Source of the DNA: Pseudothermotoga sp.
Lineage (GTDB): Bacteria; Thermotogota; Thermotogae; Thermotogales; DSM-5069
DNA length: 64,000 bases
Direction: 5' to 3' (one strand)
Assembly (NCBI GenBank): GCA_031962025.1
Contig: JAVRKW010000002.1
The stretch's first letter is position 1, and the number at the start of each line of letters is the position of its first letter. Position numbers and translations under genes: made by a program. The notes under the pieces are model-generated. The model ran no database searches. It saw nothing but the letters and a program-made list of their open reading frames with translations, and had not been told where the DNA came from. Of the stretch, positions 58,707 to 64,000 are shown in pieces.

Positions 58707-60122
58707 ATGTACGTAATATCGAACAGGATAAAAGAAGCAGAGTCTTTTATTCCGCACGATGAGATTTACCAGTTGCTTGAGTCCACAAAAAACCCAGACA
58801 GAAATTTGATAGAACAGATCATTGCAAAATCTCTCAACAAACAGAGACTCACTCCGCGTGAGACGGCATTTTTGCTGAATGCCGAAGATCCGGAACTTGT
58901 TGAAATGATATTCCATGCCGCCAGGGAATTGAAACAAAAAATATATGGTAACAGAATAGTCTTGTTTGCACCGCTGTACGTGGGCAATGAATGCATAAAT
59001 GGTTGTCTGTACTGTGGTTTTAGAAGTCAGAACAAACAGGTTATTCGAAAAACTCTCACCGATGAAGAATTAAATAGTGAATTAAAAGCGCTGACTTCAA
59101 AAGGTCATAAAAGGCTCATAGTTGTTTTTGGAGAACATCCGATGTACTCCCCACAGTTCATAGCAACTGTCATACAGAAAATATACTCTTTCAAAAATGG
59201 AACCGGTGAGATAAGAAGAGTCAATGTGAATGCGGCACCTCAAACCGTAAAAGGATACAAGTTGATCAGAGATGTCGGCATTGGTACCTTTCAAATCTTT
59301 CAGGAAACTTATCATCTACCAACCTACAAAAAATTGCACCCATATGGTCCAAAATCTTCCTACGTTTACAGACTCTTCGGACTGGATAGAGCCATGATTG
59401 CAGGAATTGACGATGTTGGCATCGGTGCATTATTTGGGTTGTATGAGTGGAAATTTGAAGTAATGGGACTGATGTACCATACCAAACACCTTGAAGAAAG
59501 ATTCGGTGTTGGACCGCACACCATTTCGTTCCCGAGAATAGAACCGGCTTTTGGTACACCCCTGGCGAATAATCCGCCACATCCTGTGAATGATTACGAT
59601 TTCAAAAGACTTATAGCCATAATCAGATTATCTGTTCCATACACCGGTTTGATACTCACGGCAAGGGAGAAACCGCAGATCAGGCGTGAGGCACTTGAAC
59701 TGGGGGTCTCTCAAATAGATGCTGGCTCGAGCATAGGTGTGGGTTCATATTCACAGACTGATCAGAATGCTGTCAAAAAAAGTCAGTTCATCCTTGGCGA
59801 TACCAGAACTCTGGATGATGTCATAAGAGAACTCATTGAGAGTGGATATATACCATCTTTTTGCACGGCTTGCTACAGAGCGGGCAGAACAGGTCAGCAT
59901 TTCATGGAGTTTGCTATACCCGGTTTTGTGAAGCAATTTTGCACACCAAACGCCATATTAACCTTGAAAGAGTATCTGACAGATTATGCCTCGCCTCAGA
60001 CAAAGGAAGCGGGAGAGATGTTGATAGAAAAAGAGCTTTCAAAGATGCCAGAACAGAAGAAGGAGAGTTTGAAGAAACTACTTGCACAAATCCAGGCAGG
60101 GTTTAGAGATGTCAGAGTGTAA
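58707..60122 (+). CDS. hydG: [FeFe]-hydrogenase maturase HydG
   Basis: FAPLY..NECINGCLYC, FQETY, GPHTISFPR, C-terminal SFCTACYR...FCTPNA. Confidence 0.97.
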   Translation: MYVISNRIKEAESFIPHDEIYQLLESTKNPDRNLIEQIIAKSLNKQRLTPRETAFLLNAEDPELVEMIFHAARELKQKIYGNRIVLFAPLYVGNECINGCLYCGFRSQNKQVIRKTLTDEELNSELKALTSKGHKRLIVVFGEHPMYSPQFIATVIQKIYSFKNGTGEIRRVNVNAAPQTVKGYKLIRDVGIGTFQIFQETYHLPTYKKLHPYGPKSSYVYRLFGLDRAMIAGIDDVGIGALFGLYEWKFEVMGLMYHTKHLEERFGVGPHTISFPRIEPAFGTPLANNPPHPVNDYDFKRLIAIIRLSVPYTGLILTAREKPQIRREALELGVSQIDAGSSIGVGSYSQTDQNAVKKSQFILGDTRTLDDVIRELIESGYIPSFCTACYRAGRTGQHFMEFAIPGFVKQFCTPNAILTLKEYLTDYASPQTKEAGEMLIEKELSKMPEQKKESLKKLLAQIQAGFRDVRV

Positions 60123-60384
60123 AGAAATGCTCCAAAAGATAGCAGAAGACTTCAATTGCAAAGTATGGGTGTGTGAAAAAATCTCAAAAAGGGTTTCTTT
60201 TATAAAAGATCTTAAAGCCGGTGTTGAGAGATTTGAGGCGCCAAAGGTGATTGTCGAGGATGATAGATTCGTCGTTTTTGGTCAGGTTGATGAAATCTGT
60301 CCAAAATTGATCGATGCAGCGTGGAAGGTGATAGATTGTGTACGACATTCTGCAAAAAATATTGAAACACCCACAGAAGGTTGA
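60109..60384 (+). CDS. Small Cys-containing hypothetical protein between hydG and hydE
   Basis: A 91-aa ORF that fills the gap and overlaps both neighbours. Confidence 0.7.
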   Translation: MSECKEMLQKIAEDFNCKVWVCEKISKRVSFIKDLKAGVERFEAPKVIVEDDRFVVFGQVDEICPKLIDAAWKVIDCVRHSAKNIETPTEG

Positions 60385-61390
60385 AATCGAGGAAATTGCA
60401 TTTGTTCTTTCAAAAGATGAGATAAATGAAAAGCTCTTTGCTCTGGCAGACGAGGTCAGACAAAAATATCTTGCAAGAGACGTTTATATCCGCGGAATAA
60501 TCGAGTTTTCAAATTACTGCAGAAATGACTGTCTTTATTGTGGTATAAGAGCATCTAACAGAGATATTCAAAGGTATAGAATGTCGGTAGACCAGATAAT
60601 TCAGCGCGCACAGTTGATATCCCAGATGGGAATAAAAACGATTGTCCTTCAATCTGGTGAAGATCTGTACTACGACCGTGACGTGATAGCACAGTTGATA
60701 GACAGGATAAAAAGACTGAATGTTGCAATCACCCTGAGTATCGGTGAGAGAGATTTCAGCGAGTACAGGCTCTGGAAAGATGCAGGCGCTGATAGATACC
60801 TGATGCGTCATGAGACTGCTGATGAAAGACTCTATGAAAAATTGCATCCGGCAGATTCGTTCAAAACAAGAGTAGAACATTTGAAAAAACTCAAGCAACT
60901 GGGTTATGAGGTCGGGGCAGGATCGATGGTTGGGCTCCCAGGACAGGATGATATTTCCCTTGCAAAAGATATTTTATTTGTGCGGGATCTTGATGCAGAC
61001 ATGGTGGGAATAGGTCCTTTCATACCACATCCTTCAACTCCGTTGAAAAATGCCAGAGCTGGAACATTGAACAAAACATTGAAAATGATAGCTCTCACCA
61101 GGTTGTTTCTGCCAGATACCAACATCCCTGCAACAACCGCTCTTGGTACGATTCATCCATTTGGAAGGCAACTGGCTCTCAAATGTGGAGCTAATGTCAT
61201 AATGCCTAATTTCACCCCATCTCCTTACCGCGCACTGTACACTCTGTATCCAGACAAAATATGCATTTTTGAGAATGACATCGCCTGCGGAGAGTGCACG
61301 AAAAATCTGGTTAAATCCGCTGGCTACACGGTCAGCGATGATTTTGGATATAGGAGGAAGATCGATGGACATATCACATGCAGGGTTTAG
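60338..61390 (+). CDS. hydE: [FeFe]-hydrogenase maturase HydE
   Basis: IEFSNYCRNDCLYCG, LQSGED, RHET, PFIPHP.TP, PATTA, GANVIMPN, C-terminal Cx7Cx2C. Confidence 0.96.
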   Translation: MYDILQKILKHPQKVEIEEIAFVLSKDEINEKLFALADEVRQKYLARDVYIRGIIEFSNYCRNDCLYCGIRASNRDIQRYRMSVDQIIQRAQLISQMGIKTIVLQSGEDLYYDRDVIAQLIDRIKRLNVAITLSIGERDFSEYRLWKDAGADRYLMRHETADERLYEKLHPADSFKTRVEHLKKLKQLGYEVGAGSMVGLPGQDDISLAKDILFVRDLDADMVGIGPFIPHPSTPLKNARAGTLNKTLKMIALTRLFLPDTNIPATTALGTIHPFGRQLALKCGANVIMPNFTPSPYRALYTLYPDKICIFENDIACGECTKNLVKSAGYTVSDDFGYRRKIDGHITCRV

Positions 61391-62567
61391 AAAGTACATA
61401 GCAATAACTGGCCGTAGAAATGTCGGCAAATCTTCACTGATAAATGCAATCGCCTGCCAGGATATCGCGATCGTCAGCGAATTGCCTGGTACGACGACAG
61501 ATCCTGTCTATAAAACTCTTGAGATACAGCCCATAGGACCTGTCACTCTGATCGACACACCTGGCATAGATGATGAGGGAATTGTTGGTGAAAAACGTGT
61601 ACAAAGGGCAAAAAGAGCCCTGTACAGAGCTGATGCGGCTATTCTGGTTGTCGATGACCAACCATCTCACTATGAGCAGGTGCTAATGGACATTTTCAAA
61701 GAACTTGAGATACCATTTGTGATAGCTTTGAACAAAGCCGATCTTCAAATAAATGGTCTTGCATCATTTTATGAAACTTTTGGTGTACCAGTTGTGGAAA
61801 TCTCTGCGAAAGAAAGAAAAAACATACCTGTGTTGCTTGAGAAACTCTCTGAAATAATTCCCGTTCAAGAAGAAAAACCACTCATAGGTCACTTGCTCAA
61901 AGACACAAAGACAGTTGTTCTTGTTGTTCCAATAGACAAAGCAGCACCAAAGGGCAGGCTGATCATGCCGCAGGTAGAAGTGATAAGGGAAGTGATAGAT
62001 TTTGGTGGGACAGCCGTTGTAACAAGAGACTGTGAGCTTGCCGATACCATCAAAAAGCTTTCAAAAAAGGTAGATATCGTCGTCACAGATTCTCAGGTTG
62101 TAATGAAAGTTGAAAAGATTGTGCCCAGACAAATACCACTGACAACCTTTTCCATACTGGAAGCTGCAAACAAAGGTGATATTAAACTTTTTTTAGAAGG
62201 TATTGAAAGACTCAGGACACTGAAAGACAATGATTCAGTTGCAGTTGTTGAAGCCTGCTCGCATGTGCCAACCTGTGACGACATCGGAAGAGTAAAAATA
62301 CCGCGGTGGATAGAGGAAAAAATGAATGTAAAACTGCGGTACGAGTTTTTTGCCGGCAAGGAATTCCCAGATCTTGAAAAACTTCAGGAATGTAAATTGA
62401 TGATACACTGCGGTGGTTGTGTACTAAATAGGAGCGCATTCATGCGTCGTATGAACTGGGCAAGGAGATTGAAAATTCCGGTTGTTAATTATGGAATATT
62501 GATCTCACACCTGCACGGTGTATTGGAGCGTGTCATAGAGCCATTAATGAGTAATTCTTCATTATGA
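61365..62567 (+). CDS. hydF: [FeFe]-hydrogenase maturation GTPase HydF
   Basis: GRRNVGKSS, GTTTDPV, DTPG, NKAD, APKGRLI, CSH...DIG, HCGGC. Confidence 0.97.
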   Translation: MDISHAGFRKYIAITGRRNVGKSSLINAIACQDIAIVSELPGTTTDPVYKTLEIQPIGPVTLIDTPGIDDEGIVGEKRVQRAKRALYRADAAILVVDDQPSHYEQVLMDIFKELEIPFVIALNKADLQINGLASFYETFGVPVVEISAKERKNIPVLLEKLSEIIPVQEEKPLIGHLLKDTKTVVLVVPIDKAAPKGRLIMPQVEVIREVIDFGGTAVVTRDCELADTIKKLSKKVDIVVTDSQVVMKVEKIVPRQIPLTTFSILEAANKGDIKLFLEGIERLRTLKDNDSVAVVEACSHVPTCDDIGRVKIPRWIEEKMNVKLRYEFFAGKEFPDLEKLQECKLMIHCGGCVLNRSAFMRRMNWARRLKIPVVNYGILISHLHGVLERVIEPLMSNSSL

Positions 62568-62568
62568 A

Positions 62569-62600
62569 AAAATTGGTCTGCTTTGCGGCAGACCAATTTT
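62569..62600. terminator. Bidirectional terminator between hydF and the aldo/keto reductase
   Basis: AAAATTGGTCTGC-TTTGCG-GCAGACCAATTTT. Confidence 0.8.
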
Positions 62601-62617
62601 AAGCTATCACACTCTAT

Positions 62618-63577
62618 TCAGTCGCTGAGGATTTTATCGATTTCATTCATAACATCGTCAGAAAGCTTTTGCTTGACTTCAATGGCTTTTATGTTTTCGT
62701 CGAACTGTTCTATTTTTGACACACCGAGTATGACACTCGACACATGCGGATTTTTCAATATCCAGGCTATAGCAAGTTGAGAAAGTGTGCAGTTCAGTTC
62801 TTCAGAGATCTTTTTGAGTCTTAGTAGTTTGGAAAAAGTTTTTTCGCTCAGTAATCCTGTTTCTTCAAATCTTTTTCTGAGAAATTCGTACTTTGCGAGT
62901 CTTGAATCCTGAGGTATTCCCTGCAGGTACTTCCCGCTGAGCAAACCAGATGCAAGCGGGCTGAATGTCGTCAGACCCATGCCGTATTTTTCATATATCG
63001 GCTGGTATTCTTTTTCCACCCTTTCTCTTACCAGCATATTATACTGGGGTTGTTCAACAACCGGGGGTATACAGTTGAGCTGCTTTGCCGTCTGGTGAGC
63101 CTTTTCTAATTCTTCCGCGCTCCATTCAGATGTACCCCAGTAGAGTGCCAAACCACTTCTCACAATTTGGTCCATTGTCCAGACGATTTCTTCCATCGGC
63201 ACCTGTGGATCCGGTCTGTGACAGTACAGAAGGTCAACATAGTCCAGTTGAAGTCTTTTCAACGATGCCCATGTGCCTTCGAGCAGGTGCTTTCTTGAGA
63301 GCCCTTTATCGTTTGGTCCATTTCCTCCCCAGAAGATCTTGGTGGAAATGACCAGATCAGACCTCCTATAAGATTTTATGATCTCTCCCAGCATGGATTC
63401 TGCCATGCCATTTGCGTAAGCCTCTGCTGTATCAATGAAATTGATCCCATTTTGTATTGCTTTGTTGACCAATTCCTTTGCAGAACTAAAATCAAGCTGA
63501 TTACCAAATGTGATCCATGATCCCAAAGACAGCTCGCTGATCTTCAAGCCCCATTTTCCAACTTTTCTGTACTCCAT
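62618..63577 (-). CDS. Aldo/keto reductase (Kv-beta-like)
   Basis: LSLGSWITFG, DTAEAY, GLSRKH, DYVDLLYCHRPD, WGTSEW, SPLASGLL. Confidence 0.95.
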   Translation of the reverse strand: MEYRKVGKWGLKISELSLGSWITFGNQLDFSSAKELVNKAIQNGINFIDTAEAYANGMAESMLGEIIKSYRRSDLVISTKIFWGGNGPNDKGLSRKHLLEGTWASLKRLQLDYVDLLYCHRPDPQVPMEEIVWTMDQIVRSGLALYWGTSEWSAEELEKAHQTAKQLNCIPPVVEQPQYNMLVRERVEKEYQPIYEKYGMGLTTFSPLASGLLSGKYLQGIPQDSRLAKYEFLRKRFEETGLLSEKTFSKLLRLKKISEELNCTLSQLAIAWILKNPHVSSVILGVSKIEQFDENIKAIEVKQKLSDDVMNEIDKILSD

Positions 63578-63700
63578 TTTCACACCTCCTTGTTCGCTTT
63601 ACTAATTATACCAAATTCATCTGAATTTTAAGTGGAATGTTTTTGTTGCATCAAAATCAAAGAACTGTGGTATACAATAAGCAGATCGGAGGTGTTTGAA

Positions 63701-64000
63701 CTGACTGATTTTTTCTCGTGGGTTGTCTTTCTGAGCACTCTTGGTACCGTGGCTTTTGCATGGGGACTTTTTCTTTCTAATATGACTCCAAAAGCCCCAA
63801 AACAGGAAGAATACGAAAAATTCGAAGAAAGAATCCTTGAATTGATGGGACAGTTCAGGCACATCTCATCTGTCAGATTGCAGATGCTTGACAAAAAGAT
63901 AGAAGAACTCAAAAAATTGATCAAGGAAGCCAACACACTGTACGCTTCTTTGTGCGCTCAGGAAGCAAAAACCATGGAGAAACTTTCTTATTCTAACCAA
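63701..64000 (+). CDS. Membrane-anchored coiled-coil hypothetical protein (3' end outside the window)
   Basis: GGAGGTG SD, frame open to the window end (TDFFSWVVFLSTLGTVAFAWGLFL...LDKKIEELKKLIKEAN). Start is CTG 63701 or GTG 63692. Confidence 0.7.
   Translation, partial: MTDFFSWVVFLSTLGTVAFAWGLFLSNMTPKAPKQEEYEKFEERILELMGQFRHISSVRLQMLDKKIEELKKLIKEANTLYASLCAQEAKTMEKLSYSNQ

Noticed and set aside
58707..61390. thiH / bioB calls for the two radical SAM genes
   Set aside because: The C-terminal CxxC...C cluster motif, the HydE-specific motifs and adjacency to hydF support hydG and hydE.

Overview
This is a gene-dense bacterial window whose gene content and order point to Thermotogae, probably a Pseudothermotoga-like organism (inferred). 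The housekeeping and energy genes are: a polA-cheX-atp(F0F1, Na+-type c subunit)-hpf-rng operon, sigma28-driven flaG-fliD, a methylmalonyl-CoA epimerase/decarboxylase cluster ending in cheW, an NhaC-family transporter, yhaM-pgm-topA, a TPP riboswitch with thiB-thiP, glgX, ygiQ, a Ca2+ P-type ATPase, an alpha-2-macroglobulin/DUF1175 operon and an [FeFe]-hydrogenase maturation operon (TM1266-like, hydG, hydE, hydF). The standout is a 10-gene, LacI-controlled operon at 31694-42591. It reads as a sulfoquinovose (SQ) catabolic pathway: ABC importer, sulfofructose transaldolase, SuyAB sulfolactate sulfo-lyase, sulfolactaldehyde dehydrogenase, GH31 sulfoquinovosidase and SQ isomerase. That would put sulfo-transaldolase glycolysis and C-S bond cleavage in one transcription unit. 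Other notable items are a switchable terminator/antiterminator leader before the hyd maturases, a hairpin inserted between the SD and start codon of topA, a recently amplified 7-bladed beta-propeller gene with hypervariable positions, and a 54-aa membrane ORF after atpC that the ORF track missed. No tRNA, rRNA, CRISPR array or transposase was recognised. All family assignments come from reading motifs by eye; no searches were run.
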